From NCBI GenBank assembly GCA_045640185.1, contig JAZUEN010000033.1, positions 26,882 through 90,881 on the forward strand: a stretch of DNA of 64,000 bases, read 5' to 3'. This stretch comes from Bacteroidales bacterium (GTDB taxonomy: Bacteria; Bacteroidota; Bacteroidia; Bacteroidales; SZUA-534). Below are positions 39,259-49,460 of this stretch, one piece after another. Position 1 is the first letter of the stretch. Each line of letters starts with the position of its first letter. The translations under genes were made by a program, and so were the position numbers. Below the pieces are notes generated by a model that worked only from the letters and a program-made list of their open reading frames with translations, was not told where the DNA came from and searched no databases.

Positions 39259-40350
39259 ATGGCAAATTCATATATGAAAAAGTTGGACCGCTACATTATC
39301 CGCAAATTTCTGGGGACGTTCGTCTTTGCGCTTTTCCTGATAATACTCATTGTGGTGATCTTTGACATATCTGAAAAAATAGACGATTTTTTGCAGAAGC
39401 AGGCGCCAATCAAGGCTATCGTGCTTGAGTACTATGCCAATTTCATCCCGTATTTTGCCAATCTGTTTTCATCGATGTTCATTTTCATCGCAGTCATTTT
39501 CTTCACGTCGAAAATGGCTAGCGATTCTGAGATAATAGCCATATTGAGCAGTGGTGTGAGCTACAGACGCTTTTTATTCCCATATTTTGTATCGGCGCTG
39601 GTTCTGGCTGTCTGCTCCTATTTTCTTATAAATTGGGTCATTCCGCCTGCCAATGAGAAAAGGCTTGCATTTGAGGAAAAATATCTCCGCAAAAAGTTCA
39701 AAAACACGCAGATAAACATTCACCGACAGATTTCGCCAGGCGAATTCATCTATATGCGCGACTACAATACAACCTTCGACCAGGGTAGTAATTTCACATT
39801 GGAAAAAATCGAGAATGGCGAATTGAAGTCGAAACTCGTGTCGCAGCGTACGCAGTGGGATACAGTCAAGAACAAGTGGGTGGTGACTGATTGCTATATT
39901 CGTGATTTCGCAGACGGGACCGAATCCGTGAAATATTACCAACGGCTTGACACGGCATTGAATATGTATCCGTCCGATTTTGCGAGGCGTGACAATTCGG
40001 TTGAGGCCATGAACTACACACAATTAAACGAGTTTATTGAATCGGAGACGCGGAAAGGCGCGGAAAACATTGTGCTTTGGAAGATTGAAAAACACAAGCG
40101 TTTTGCGTATTCATTCTCGACATTCGTTCTTACGCTTATAGGTGTGACATTGTCGTCGCGCAAGAAGCGAGGCGGAACGGGCATAAATATCGGATTGGGC
40201 ATATTGCTGGCGTTCACCTACATCTTGTTTATGGAGGTGTCGAATGTGCTGGCGACAAATGCAAATGTGCCTCCAGCCATCGCTGTTTGGATACCAAATG
40301 TCATTTATGGCGTGATTGGAATTTGCCTTTACTGCAAGGCAAAAAAGTAG
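39259..40350 (+). CDS. LptF/LptG-family LPS export permease
   Basis: 363 aa. YjgP/YjgQ layout: three TM helices, a periplasmic beta-jellyroll domain, then three TM helices. Confidence 0.8.
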   Translation: MANSYMKKLDRYIIRKFLGTFVFALFLIILIVVIFDISEKIDDFLQKQAPIKAIVLEYYANFIPYFANLFSSMFIFIAVIFFTSKMASDSEIIAILSSGVSYRRFLFPYFVSALVLAVCSYFLINWVIPPANEKRLAFEEKYLRKKFKNTQINIHRQISPGEFIYMRDYNTTFDQGSNFTLEKIENGELKSKLVSQRTQWDTVKNKWVVTDCYIRDFADGTESVKYYQRLDTALNMYPSDFARRDNSVEAMNYTQLNEFIESETRKGAENIVLWKIEKHKRFAYSFSTFVLTLIGVTLSSRKKRGGTGINIGLGILLAFTYILFMEVSNVLATNANVPPAIAVWIPNVIYGVIGICLYCKAKK

Positions 40351-40463
40351 GTTGACAATAAAAAGGGAATGTCCGCCATCTTTTTTTTGAAGAATATTTC
40401 AAAGTTTTCTTACATTCGTTAAGTGGAAACGCTCTAAAATTTGAAAAAAAATAAACTATATAA

Positions 40464-42257
40464 ATGCAAAAGAAATGGGTTCTAAAGGAACAAGTCGAAG
40501 CGGCAAGGATTGATGAATTGGCACAGTCAATCAGTATAGGCAAGCCTTTGGCTGGATTACTTTTGCAACGTGGCATTAATGATGTTGAATCTGCTCGTAA
40601 GTTTTTTAGACCTGACTTACAGCAGCTCTACGACCCGTTCCTCATGAAGGACATGGATAAGGCCGTAGCGAGGCTCGAAAAAGCTATAATTGAGCGTGAA
40701 AACGTGCTCATATATGGCGATTACGATGTCGATGGCACAACTGCCGTTGCAATGATGTACGTGTTCCTGAAAAGTAAGTGCCGAAATGTATTTTATTATG
40801 TACCAGACCGCTACCAGGAAGGGTACGGAATATCATACAAAGGAATAGACTATGCGGCCGAAATGGGCTGCAAACTGATTATTGCACTCGATTGCGGTAT
40901 CAAGGCCCTGCCGAAGGTGGCCTATGGCGCAGAAAAAGGTATTGAGTTCATAATCTGCGACCACCATGAGCCTGGCGACGAGTTGCCAAATGCCGCGGCT
41001 GTGCTCGATCCTAAACGCATCGATTGTGGCTACCCGTTCAACGAACTGTCAGGCTGTGGCGTTGGCTTCAAATTGATTCAGGCCTACACGGCAAAGAACA
41101 AGATTCCATTCTACCAGATAAAGCCATTCCTCGATTTGGTGGTTGTCAGCATTGCAAGCGACATTGTTCCAATAGTCGATGAAAACCGCATCTTGGCATA
41201 CTACGGGCTCAAACAGCTCAATACAAATCCGCGTGTGGGGTTGCGGGCAATAATGAAAAAATCCGGCATAACGCCACCTCCTGTCCGCACAAAGGACGGT
41301 CAGCCGATTGACGTGCCTTTTGAGGAAGTAAAGCCCGCTGACGAGCCCGATTTTCGTCCTGTAAAAATCGGTGACATAGTGTTCAAGATAGGTCCACGCA
41401 TAAATGCTGCAGGCCGTATGGATTTGGGCCGTTATTCTGTTGACCTGCTTGTAGAACGCAACGAGGAAAAGGCAGAGGAGATGGCTTGCAAGATTGAAAT
41501 GGACAACACTGACCGCAAGACTCACGACCAGAACATTACGAACGAGGCGCTTGCCATTATTGAGAGCAACGAAATCTTGAAAAACCGCAAGACGACCGTG
41601 CTGTATAACCCGCAGTGGCATAAGGGTGTCATCGGCATTGTGGCATCTCGGCTAATTGATTACTATTACCGACCTACCGTAATTTGCACAAAGTCAAACG
41701 GATTGATTACAGGTTCGGCACGTTCAATTCCTGGGTTCAACCTCTATGAGGCCATCGAAAAATGCCAAAACTTGCTTGAAAGCTTTGGTGGCCACACGTA
41801 TGCGGCCGGGTTGACGCTCAAGGAAGAAAACCTTGAGGCGTTTGCAACCAAGTTCGAGGAGATAGCCAACAAGATGATTACCAAGGATATGATGGTGCCA
41901 CGCATCGATGTTGACGAGGAAGTGGCGCTTGCCGATATCTCGCCAAAATTCTTCAAGCTTCTGGAGCAATTCGAACCATTTGGTCCAGGAAACATGTCGC
42001 CAGTATTTGTCAGTCGCAATGTCGTTGATTGCGGTGCTGCTCAAGTTGTTGGACAGACAAAGGAGCACCTGAAACTGGCAGTATCCGATGAAACGGGCGG
42101 ACGCTCGTTGCCTGCCATAGCCTTTAAGCAAGCAGAGCATTTCGATGTGATAAGCCGAGGAAACAAGTTCGACATTTGTTTTTCGGTTGAGTCGAATACC
42201 TTCAGAGGAAAGGAAACCCTTCAGCTAAAAGTGCAAGACATAAAGGTCGGGGAGTAG
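40464..42257 (+). CDS. recJ: Single-stranded-DNA-specific exonuclease RecJ
   Basis: 597 aa with DHH (GDYDVDGTT, DHH) and DHHA1 (GGHTYAAG) motifs. Confidence 0.92.
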   Translation: MQKKWVLKEQVEAARIDELAQSISIGKPLAGLLLQRGINDVESARKFFRPDLQQLYDPFLMKDMDKAVARLEKAIIERENVLIYGDYDVDGTTAVAMMYVFLKSKCRNVFYYVPDRYQEGYGISYKGIDYAAEMGCKLIIALDCGIKALPKVAYGAEKGIEFIICDHHEPGDELPNAAAVLDPKRIDCGYPFNELSGCGVGFKLIQAYTAKNKIPFYQIKPFLDLVVVSIASDIVPIVDENRILAYYGLKQLNTNPRVGLRAIMKKSGITPPPVRTKDGQPIDVPFEEVKPADEPDFRPVKIGDIVFKIGPRINAAGRMDLGRYSVDLLVERNEEKAEEMACKIEMDNTDRKTHDQNITNEALAIIESNEILKNRKTTVLYNPQWHKGVIGIVASRLIDYYYRPTVICTKSNGLITGSARSIPGFNLYEAIEKCQNLLESFGGHTYAAGLTLKEENLEAFATKFEEIANKMITKDMMVPRIDVDEEVALADISPKFFKLLEQFEPFGPGNMSPVFVSRNVVDCGAAQVVGQTKEHLKLAVSDETGGRSLPAIAFKQAEHFDVISRGNKFDICFSVESNTFRGKETLQLKVQDIKVGE

Positions 42258-42274
42258 ATTTGAGATAATGAAAT

Positions 42275-42302
42275 AAAGGCCGGCGAAAGCCGGCTTTTTT
42301 TT
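42275..42302. terminator. Terminator between the convergent recJ and tilS genes
   Basis: Stem GCCGGC, loop GAAA, stem GCCGGC, then a T8 run. Confidence 0.75.
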
Positions 42303-42305
42303 GTA

Positions 42306-43628
42306 TTATTTTGATAGACTGTTGACAACCAGTACTTTTTTGGTATTGTTGTCTATCTTGAACCTGTCGTCGGGACGGTAGCCTACTATCCAGGCAATTT
42401 TTTCTCCAGACGTAAGTACCAATGCCGATTTCTTTTCGAATACGTTAATCTTGCTGTCGATGAAAAAGTCGCTCAGTTTTTTTGCGCGGTTCATCCCTAT
42501 CGGGTAGAAGTAGTCGCCGTGTCGCCATTGGCGGATAGTAAGCGGAAATTCCAGTTTGTCAAAGTCGAGGCAGGCGACTGTCGGGCGCTTGTCCAACACA
42601 AAATCGGAAACATCAACCACCTTCATTTTTATTCCGATAGATTCAATGTCTTGTGGCTCTAGTATTTGCATTGGTTCAAAAGTATCTTGATCACAGGCTT
42701 TTATAATAATGCTGTTGCGGTCAATCAGCAGTTTGTGTGTGGCTGATGCAAATGTGCTACCCGATTTTTGCCCGACAATCTTCATCATCGACTCAACTTG
42801 AGCACTGTTGAAACCATATGGCTTGACACATTCAAACAGGACCGACTCGACAAATTCCTGACGCAACAAGCCATTGACGTCAATCATAATTTCATCGGCA
42901 TTGCAAGTCAGAATCTCACTTTTAGCCTTGTCGACATACCAGTTATAAATATCGGATGCCTGACGTATATGTTTGAAATTCTTAAGCATACGATCCTCTA
43001 GCGCAGGATTTATCTGTTTCATTACAGGCATAATCTGATGTCGCACAATGTTGCGCTGATAATCGTCGGAGAGATTGGTAATGTCGGTGCGGAAACTTAA
43101 TTTGTTCAATCGCGCATATTCCTCAATTTGCTCGCGTGTAGCGAACAACAGCGGACGTGCAATTATTCCGTTAAGTGGAGCGATGCCAGTAAGTCCGTTA
43201 ATGCCAGTACCACGGCAAAGGTTCAACAAGGCTGTCTCAATATTGTCGTTAAGATGATGTGCCGTGAGAATTCTGTCAAAGTGATGTTCATCGGCAAGTT
43301 TTGCAAACCAGTTGTAGCGCAGTTCGCGCGCCCCCATTTCTACCGAAATCTTATGCTCATCGGCGTAAGCCAAAGTGTCAAATCGTATGCTGAAAAATGG
43401 CATTTGGTACCTTTCTGCCAATTGTCGCACAAAATCCTCATCGCCATCGGAATCGGCACCGCGCAACTTGAAGTTGCAGTGCGCCACGGCAACCTTGAAC
43501 TTGCATTTCGCAAGCAGGTGAAGCATAACGCTCGAATCGGCCCCACCGCTTACTGTGGCTAACAGGCTGTGAGTGTTGTCGAACAATTTGTTGTCGCTTA
43601 CAAATCGCTTGAATTGGCGTAGTAGCAT
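42306..43628 (-). CDS. tilS: tRNA(Ile)-lysidine synthase
   Basis: 440 aa with the PP-loop SGGADS near the N-terminus. Confidence 0.9.
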   Translation of the reverse strand: MLLRQFKRFVSDNKLFDNTHSLLATVSGGADSSVMLHLLAKCKFKVAVAHCNFKLRGADSDGDEDFVRQLAERYQMPFFSIRFDTLAYADEHKISVEMGARELRYNWFAKLADEHHFDRILTAHHLNDNIETALLNLCRGTGINGLTGIAPLNGIIARPLLFATREQIEEYARLNKLSFRTDITNLSDDYQRNIVRHQIMPVMKQINPALEDRMLKNFKHIRQASDIYNWYVDKAKSEILTCNADEIMIDVNGLLRQEFVESVLFECVKPYGFNSAQVESMMKIVGQKSGSTFASATHKLLIDRNSIIIKACDQDTFEPMQILEPQDIESIGIKMKVVDVSDFVLDKRPTVACLDFDKLEFPLTIRQWRHGDYFYPIGMNRAKKLSDFFIDSKINVFEKKSALVLTSGEKIAWIVGYRPDDRFKIDNNTKKVLVVNSLSK

Positions 43629-43645
43629 TAGCGTTATTTTTTCGT

Positions 43646-43653
43646 CAAAGGTA
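43646..43653 (-). promoter_or_regulatory. -7 promoter box (minus strand)
   Basis: The plus strand reads CAAAGGTA (TACCTTTG on the minus strand), 18 nt upstream of ATG 43628. Confidence 0.5.
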
Positions 43654-43711
43654 GCAAACGAATTTTATTTGTGCAGAGTTTTTCAAGTGTACCTTTTATT
43701 GAATGAATTGC

Positions 43712-43719
43712 TAAATTTG
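43712..43719 (+). promoter_or_regulatory. -7 promoter box far upstream of the alkaline phosphatase gene
   Basis: TAAATTTG, the only exact match before ATG 43934. It would imply a leader of about 210 nt. Confidence 0.3.
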
Positions 43720-43933
43720 TTTCCGTTAAGGATATTCCTAAAAATTGCTTTGCTGTGATTTTGAAGAATTTGTCAGGCAGATAGTTCGGGCACTGCAACA
43801 GTGTGCGACCGAGCAAGATGACGACGAAAATTCAAAAGCGCTCAAAAGATTGAAGGACAGACTCTATTTGAAAAATACAATAATTGGGAAACATATTGAA
43901 ATTTCCTTGAAACACTTTTATAACAAAAACAAA

Positions 43934-45343
43934 ATGAGATATTTGCTGAATGCAATTTTATTGCTGTCGTTTTTCACTCTATCACAATCGACTGTGGCTC
44001 AATCTGAGCCGAAAGCCAAATATGTGTTCCTTTTCATTGGCGACGGAATGGGCCCCGCACAAGTTTACAGCGCCGAAGTCTTCAAATCGGCACTCAACGG
44101 GAATTTGGGGCGTGAGCCATTGACGTTCAGCCAGTTCCCAGTGCAGTCGTATTGCACCAATTATTCTGCCAATTCATTTACGACCTGTTCGTCGGCTTCG
44201 GCAACTGCCATAGCAACAGGCACGAAGACAAAAAATTCATATATCGGTGTCGATGCCGATTTAAATAGGCTTGAGACAATTGCCGAAAAGGCGAAGAAGG
44301 CAGGCTACAAGGTCGGCTTGCTGACAACCGTCGGCATAAACCACGCAACACCAGGCGGGTTCTACGGCCATCAGAAGAACCGCAATATGTATTACGAAAT
44401 TGCCAAAGACTTGCTAACCACTGAGTTCGACTATGTGGCAGGCGGTGGAATCATTTCGCCAAATGGAAAGTCGGGGGACGAAACGAGTATTTATACCTTG
44501 CTCGACGAAAGCGGATTTAAGGTTGTCAATACGGCAAATGACATTGAGAATCTGAAAAATGGCGATAAAAAAATCATAGCAATCAATCCAGGTCACCGTA
44601 AAGACGAGACTCATTGGGTTGTCGATAATGTGAAAGATGCTCTTCCGCTTTCCGAGTTTGTCAAAAAAGGAATTGAAGTCCTCGACAATCCGAATGGCTT
44701 CTTTATGATGTGCGAAGGCGGAAAAATCGACTATGCTTGCCATAACAACGATTTGGCCTCGTCGATATACGAGACTCTCGATTTTGACAAGGCTGTAGCC
44801 GTTGCTGTGGATTTCTACAATCAACATCCCGACGAGACACTGATAATAGTCACAGCCGACCACGAGACAGGAGGCCTGACATTGTCGTCATCGTTCCGTT
44901 ACAGCATCAAGCCCGAACTTCTTAAATATCAAAAGGTTTCGTTGGATTCGTTTAACGTCAAGGTTGCTGATTGGGCAGAATTGCCTGTAAAACCTGCTTT
45001 CAGCGCCATACTTGATAGCATTAAGGCCGATTTCGGGTTGGGTACCAGCGACTTAAAACTGACTGACGATGAAATTGCGTGGCTCGAAGAATCGTATAGC
45101 AAGGATTTCCTGAACAACAACGTGGTGAATCCGAATAAGCACTATATGGATGTGCGTGCCAAGGGTTTGGGCGAAAAGTCGGTGTATCTGTTGGACAACA
45201 AGGCGGGATTCCACTTCTCGTCAGGCGATCATTCGGCTCTGCCAGTGCCGATTAGGGCCTTAGGCCAAGGTGCCGATTATTTTAAAGGAGGCATCGACAA
45301 TACCGATATTCCTAAAATAATCGAACAACTTATGATCAAATAG
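43934..45343 (+). CDS. Secreted alkaline phosphatase
   Basis: Start re-called to ATG 43934 (signal peptide MRYLLNAILLLSFFTLSQSTVAQ). Contains the FIGDGMG, DSASTATA-like and ADHETGG motifs of the PhoA family. Confidence 0.85.
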   Translation: MRYLLNAILLLSFFTLSQSTVAQSEPKAKYVFLFIGDGMGPAQVYSAEVFKSALNGNLGREPLTFSQFPVQSYCTNYSANSFTTCSSASATAIATGTKTKNSYIGVDADLNRLETIAEKAKKAGYKVGLLTTVGINHATPGGFYGHQKNRNMYYEIAKDLLTTEFDYVAGGGIISPNGKSGDETSIYTLLDESGFKVVNTANDIENLKNGDKKIIAINPGHRKDETHWVVDNVKDALPLSEFVKKGIEVLDNPNGFFMMCEGGKIDYACHNNDLASSIYETLDFDKAVAVAVDFYNQHPDETLIIVTADHETGGLTLSSSFRYSIKPELLKYQKVSLDSFNVKVADWAELPVKPAFSAILDSIKADFGLGTSDLKLTDDEIAWLEESYSKDFLNNNVVNPNKHYMDVRAKGLGEKSVYLLDNKAGFHFSSGDHSALPVPIRALGQGADYFKGGIDNTDIPKIIEQLMIK

Positions 45344-45364
45344 ATTGCGATTAGTCATAATATT

Positions 45365-45407
45365 AATGCCGTCTTGGTGCGTATTGCGTGTCTTGACGGC
45401 ATTTTTT
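45365..45407 (+). terminator. Intrinsic terminator after the phosphatase gene
   Basis: Stem AATGCCGTC/GACGGCATT followed by a T run. It overlaps the 3' end of the convergent HKD gene. Confidence 0.65.
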
Positions 45408-45921
45408 ATTTTATTCGGTCGCCACAGAAATCCTTTCTTCCGCATTTTGCGCAATGTGCGCCCATCCACAGCGTATCGAATTGTTCTATGGCTTGTTCCA
45501 CTATCGTGGAATCATTAGTGAGTATGCCCGCCTCAAAATTTCGGCGTAACGAACTTTTCATTCCGATGCCCGCGCCTGTAAGGTTAGCCGAACCAATATA
45601 AACCGTATCCATATCGAAGACAATCATTTTGAAATGGACACGAGGGCAAAGCGCCCGCTCGAGTCCAGTTGCGAGAATCGGATATTTGTCGAAATCGTCA
45701 CGAAAGTTCTGCCCAGGCTCTTTGGCGTGAATCAGACGGACACATACGCCTCGTTTCAGCAAACTTGCAATTTGCCCGAGCAACGGAACCGTTTCGGAAC
45801 CTTGTTTCACATACAGGTCCTTGATGTCGGCTGTGCCAATCCATAAAGTGTTGCGTACGTTGGCAATGCGCGCAACCACTTCAGAATAGTGCTGTTCGTT
45901 CGATATGTATTTGGTAAACAT
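45406..45921 (-). CDS. Single-HKD phospholipase-D-superfamily protein (Nuc-like nuclease fold) with a C-terminal Cys cluster
   Basis: 171 aa with no signal peptide. Contains a perfect HxKx4Dx6GSxN motif (HFKMIVFDMDTVYIGSAN). The tail reads HCAKCGRKDFC. Confidence 0.75.
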   Translation of the reverse strand: MFTKYISNEQHYSEVVARIANVRNTLWIGTADIKDLYVKQGSETVPLLGQIASLLKRGVCVRLIHAKEPGQNFRDDFDKYPILATGLERALCPRVHFKMIVFDMDTVYIGSANLTGAGIGMKSSLRRNFEAGILTNDSTIVEQAIEQFDTLWMGAHCAKCGRKDFCGDRIK

Positions 45922-45935
45922 TTATTTACGACATT

Positions 45936-48900
45936 CTACATTTTAGTTGACACAACACAGACTTTTTTCACCTTGGTTACATCTCCGTCAAGGTTGAAAA
46001 CCTCACAATAAATTACGTAGATACCTGTAGGCACGCGATTGTTGTTGTCGTCGAGACCGTCCCAAGCCCAAAAACCACTCGTGCCAAGCATTTCGTTATT
46101 TACCAATGTCCGCATTTTCAATCCTTTAGCATTGAAGATAGTGACATTTGCCACATAGCCAGCCTCATCGAAATTATAGGCTATCTCGAGTTGGTCCTCA
46201 AATCCGTCGTTATCAGGCGAGAACACCTCGCTGTTTAGGCTGATCTGCTGACTTGATTCAGTAACAATCGGCTTGTATGCCGAATTCTGAAGTCCAGGAG
46301 TGGCCCACCCAGCATATTCCGACGCCGAGTGCCAATTGCCCGAATTATTGGAAGGCTGTTCAAAGTCGATACGCTCAAGACTGACACCGTTTAAATCCTT
46401 AAGCAAGGCAAAGTGCATTTTGCTTGTGTAATAAACTTCATCAAAGATGTTGCCGAGAGTGTCCAAAAGAACCACCGAGCCTTCATCGTCAGCCATAGTC
46501 GGCAACGATGCAACTTGGTATAAATCACCACATTGATAAGTGTCAGCAATATTTTCGGCATTGGCCGTCACTGCCACATAGCAGTTTGGCATCAGCACAT
46601 AGCCAAGTCCGCCAATGGCTTTAGGGTTCTTAATGTTTTCGCCGTCGCGGTTGGCTATCAGGAAACTGCCAATATTTATGGCGCGCTCCGAGCGATTATA
46701 CAGTTCCACGAAATCGGCTCCGTTGGGATATGGGTTGAATAGAATCTCATTGATGACAATATCATCCGACTGCGGTTTTTCGGGAAGCCCGAATGTCGAT
46801 TGCCGTTTGCCAATATGGTTCTCTGCAAAATCGGTCAAAGTGGAATCGACTGTCAGCGTGTAAGATGTGCCTTCGACAAGGCTTTGCCCGAGTGTCGCAA
46901 CGACTGTTGAAAGCGACTGTCCTGAAATTTCGACGCCAATAGGATTGCCGATATTTGGCTCAACATTGATGAGCGATGCATCAGCCAGTCTCACCGTTTC
47001 GCTAAACGACAACAACAGTTTGTCATCATCCATTGGCACTACATAAAGCAAGTTTGGCGCAATGGTGTCAGGCATTTGCCTGTATGTCGAATTTTGGGCG
47101 CCAGGTGTTCCTCCGTTCTGATTTTCAGTCTGCGACCAGTTGTCAGGGCCCTCGTCGGTATTGTTGAAGTCGATTTTTTCAAGAGAATAGCCACCCGAAG
47201 CCTTCAGGTCGTCATCAAACCAACTCGACTTGTACGACGTACTGCAGATTGGCTCGCCACTAGCATTGAAAATGGTTATAGTTCCCGATTGCGGGAGTGT
47301 AGGCATCTTGTTCACGCCAACCACGTTTGCAAACTGAACAAGGCTGTCGGCAATGGCGCTTTTGGCAAGGACTGCATAGCCGTGCGACTTAATCAATCCG
47401 CTCTCAACCGAATATTTTTTGCTACCGATGCCAACCGAAAAGCCATTCAGGTAGATGTCGGACTCGCTACGGTTGTAGATTTCGAACCATTGCCAAGTCG
47501 GCAACCCAAACGATGGCTCAGGAGTTGTCATAATTTCGTTTATTGTAAGTTCGTATGTGGTGGCGCGGTGGAATGTGAAGGCTATTGTCGTATCGTTCAT
47601 CACGTTTCCGCACGGGTCCGTAAGATTCTTGACGCTTATGCTATTTTCGCCAGAATTAATTGTCTTTCTGAATGTTAAAATCAGATTACAGCCATCGGTC
47701 GCATATTCAATTGGGTTGCCGATGCCTTTAAGCATATAATTTGAAAGGTCCTGCAAAGTCGATTCTGAAGGCATTTCCGAAAGTTCGACAAGAATCTTAT
47801 TTTCCGTCAGTGGCTGAAATGAAACTATCCTGACAGGCGAATTGTCGATGTTGTTGGCAAACACAGAGTTTTTCGTGCCAGGCGTACCACCTTGCTTGTC
47901 GGTTGAATAAGCCCAGTTTTGCCAACCGCCACAAGTATTGTTCGGGTCGATGCGTTCCAATGCCCAGCCACCCTCGTTTTTCACAATGTCCTTGACAGAT
48001 GTCTCGGTGTACGAAAGGCTGTCGATGACGACATTTTCAGGCGATATCAACAGCAGTGTCTTGCCAGTATTTGTCAGGTTGGTTGTGGTTATTACAGATA
48101 TGGCCTTGCCGAAAACCGCAAATGAATCAACAGCCGAAGAACTTGTCAATATCAGGTATTCGCCTTTGCCGATTACGGAATCAGGAAATTGGCGGACGCT
48201 CCCGCTTATGTCGAGTTTCCAGCCTCCAAGATTGAAGTTTCGGTTGCTGTTGTTGTACAATTCAATGTAGTCGTAGTTGGGCAACCCGACGGTTGGTGTC
48301 GGGTCGAACATCAGTTCGTTTATTACCAGTTCAAATGGTTCGGCAGGCGGAATGAACGAGAAAGTGGCTTGTTGCGACGTGATTTCGGCACCGTCGGCAC
48401 TCCTGACGCCAGAAACAGTCAACACGTAGGAACCTTCCGCGATGCGCTTTGTCGATAGCGTAACCATTTGAGGCTCATCGGAATTGTATTCCACACTCTC
48501 AATCTCGATGCCAGGAATGGCGTAATTTTTCTTATCCGATGCCGTGGCAGAATCAATCTTGTCCGAAAATTCGGCCACAATGGTGTTGGCGTCGGTGCAG
48601 GTTGCCGACAGAAGGCTGACAGGAGCACGTTTCAGGCTGACGCAAACATTGTCGGCATAGAACATTCCCGCCCGCGTCTTTGAACACGAAAAATAAAAAC
48701 CGTGATAAGGCAACTTGTTGTATTTGTTGTCAGTAAACTCGTCGGTGAAGACAAAATCCGCCCCTACCGTATCAACCTTGTAGCCTATAGACCAAATGCC
48801 CTTTGGCTGACGCCTTATCTCAAAATCGACCGATGTGTTCGGCTCTGACCATACAAGCGGTGTGGCAAAAATTATTGACTTCTTTCCTGCGTCGTACCTT

Positions 48901-49328
48901 ATCATTACAAACTCCTTTGACGAGCCACTCATACAGACCCCGACAGCATATCCGCTTAAAGATGAACTTTTTAGCGTATCGTTATCAGACATCAGAAAGT
49001 AGCCGAACTTGTTTGACGTCGAAGGTGTGAAATTTCCTGTCTGAAGATTGAACTTCCAAGTTGTCGTGCCCATATCGAACGAACAGTCGGTGTATTTTGC
49101 CGAAATGTAACTTACTGTGGCAGTGTCTGCTAAATTATGTTTTAGGCGTGAGCCCGATTGATTGTCGACTGTCCAGTCGGCAGTGTTGCTCCAACTGTCC
49201 AGATTCCCGCTGTCAAAACAGTCGAAAAACAGCGTATCGGTAGTTTGGGCGCCGTTTTGAGCATATAAAAGGTTATTGCCAAAAAATATTGACAGGCAAA
49301 TTAGGCATAGAGAGATTTTTTTGTTCAT
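45936..49328 (-). CDS. Large secreted protein with three lamin-tail domains (LTD) and a C-terminal FlgD-Ig/T9SS-like beta-sandwich
   Basis: Start re-called to ATG 49328 (MNKKISLCLICLSIFFGNNLLYAQ). The three LTD cores are VINELMFDP..YIELYN, TINEIMTTP..WFEIYN and VINEILFNP..FVELYN. The C-terminus reads FSPDNDGFEDQL...WDG.DDNN..VPTGIYV. Confidence 0.75.
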   Translation of the reverse strand: MNKKISLCLICLSIFFGNNLLYAQNGAQTTDTLFFDCFDSGNLDSWSNTADWTVDNQSGSRLKHNLADTATVSYISAKYTDCSFDMGTTTWKFNLQTGNFTPSTSNKFGYFLMSDNDTLKSSSLSGYAVGVCMSGSSKEFVMIRYDAGKKSIIFATPLVWSEPNTSVDFEIRRQPKGIWSIGYKVDTVGADFVFTDEFTDNKYNKLPYHGFYFSCSKTRAGMFYADNVCVSLKRAPVSLLSATCTDANTIVAEFSDKIDSATASDKKNYAIPGIEIESVEYNSDEPQMVTLSTKRIAEGSYVLTVSGVRSADGAEITSQQATFSFIPPAEPFELVINELMFDPTPTVGLPNYDYIELYNNSNRNFNLGGWKLDISGSVRQFPDSVIGKGEYLILTSSSAVDSFAVFGKAISVITTTNLTNTGKTLLLISPENVVIDSLSYTETSVKDIVKNEGGWALERIDPNNTCGGWQNWAYSTDKQGGTPGTKNSVFANNIDNSPVRIVSFQPLTENKILVELSEMPSESTLQDLSNYMLKGIGNPIEYATDGCNLILTFRKTINSGENSISVKNLTDPCGNVMNDTTIAFTFHRATTYELTINEIMTTPEPSFGLPTWQWFEIYNRSESDIYLNGFSVGIGSKKYSVESGLIKSHGYAVLAKSAIADSLVQFANVVGVNKMPTLPQSGTITIFNASGEPICSTSYKSSWFDDDLKASGGYSLEKIDFNNTDEGPDNWSQTENQNGGTPGAQNSTYRQMPDTIAPNLLYVVPMDDDKLLLSFSETVRLADASLINVEPNIGNPIGVEISGQSLSTVVATLGQSLVEGTSYTLTVDSTLTDFAENHIGKRQSTFGLPEKPQSDDIVINEILFNPYPNGADFVELYNRSERAINIGSFLIANRDGENIKNPKAIGGLGYVLMPNCYVAVTANAENIADTYQCGDLYQVASLPTMADDEGSVVLLDTLGNIFDEVYYTSKMHFALLKDLNGVSLERIDFEQPSNNSGNWHSASEYAGWATPGLQNSAYKPIVTESSQQISLNSEVFSPDNDGFEDQLEIAYNFDEAGYVANVTIFNAKGLKMRTLVNNEMLGTSGFWAWDGLDDNNNRVPTGIYVIYCEVFNLDGDVTKVKKVCVVSTKM

Positions 49329-49460
49329 CTTTGTACGATTTTCAAAAATCAAGGTTCATTGACTTATCGTTTTGAATAATAGTTTTTTACAAAAAACGCC
49401 ATTTAAAACATAAGCGTGCTAAAGATAGAAATAAAGGATTTAATAATAAATGTTTTGACT

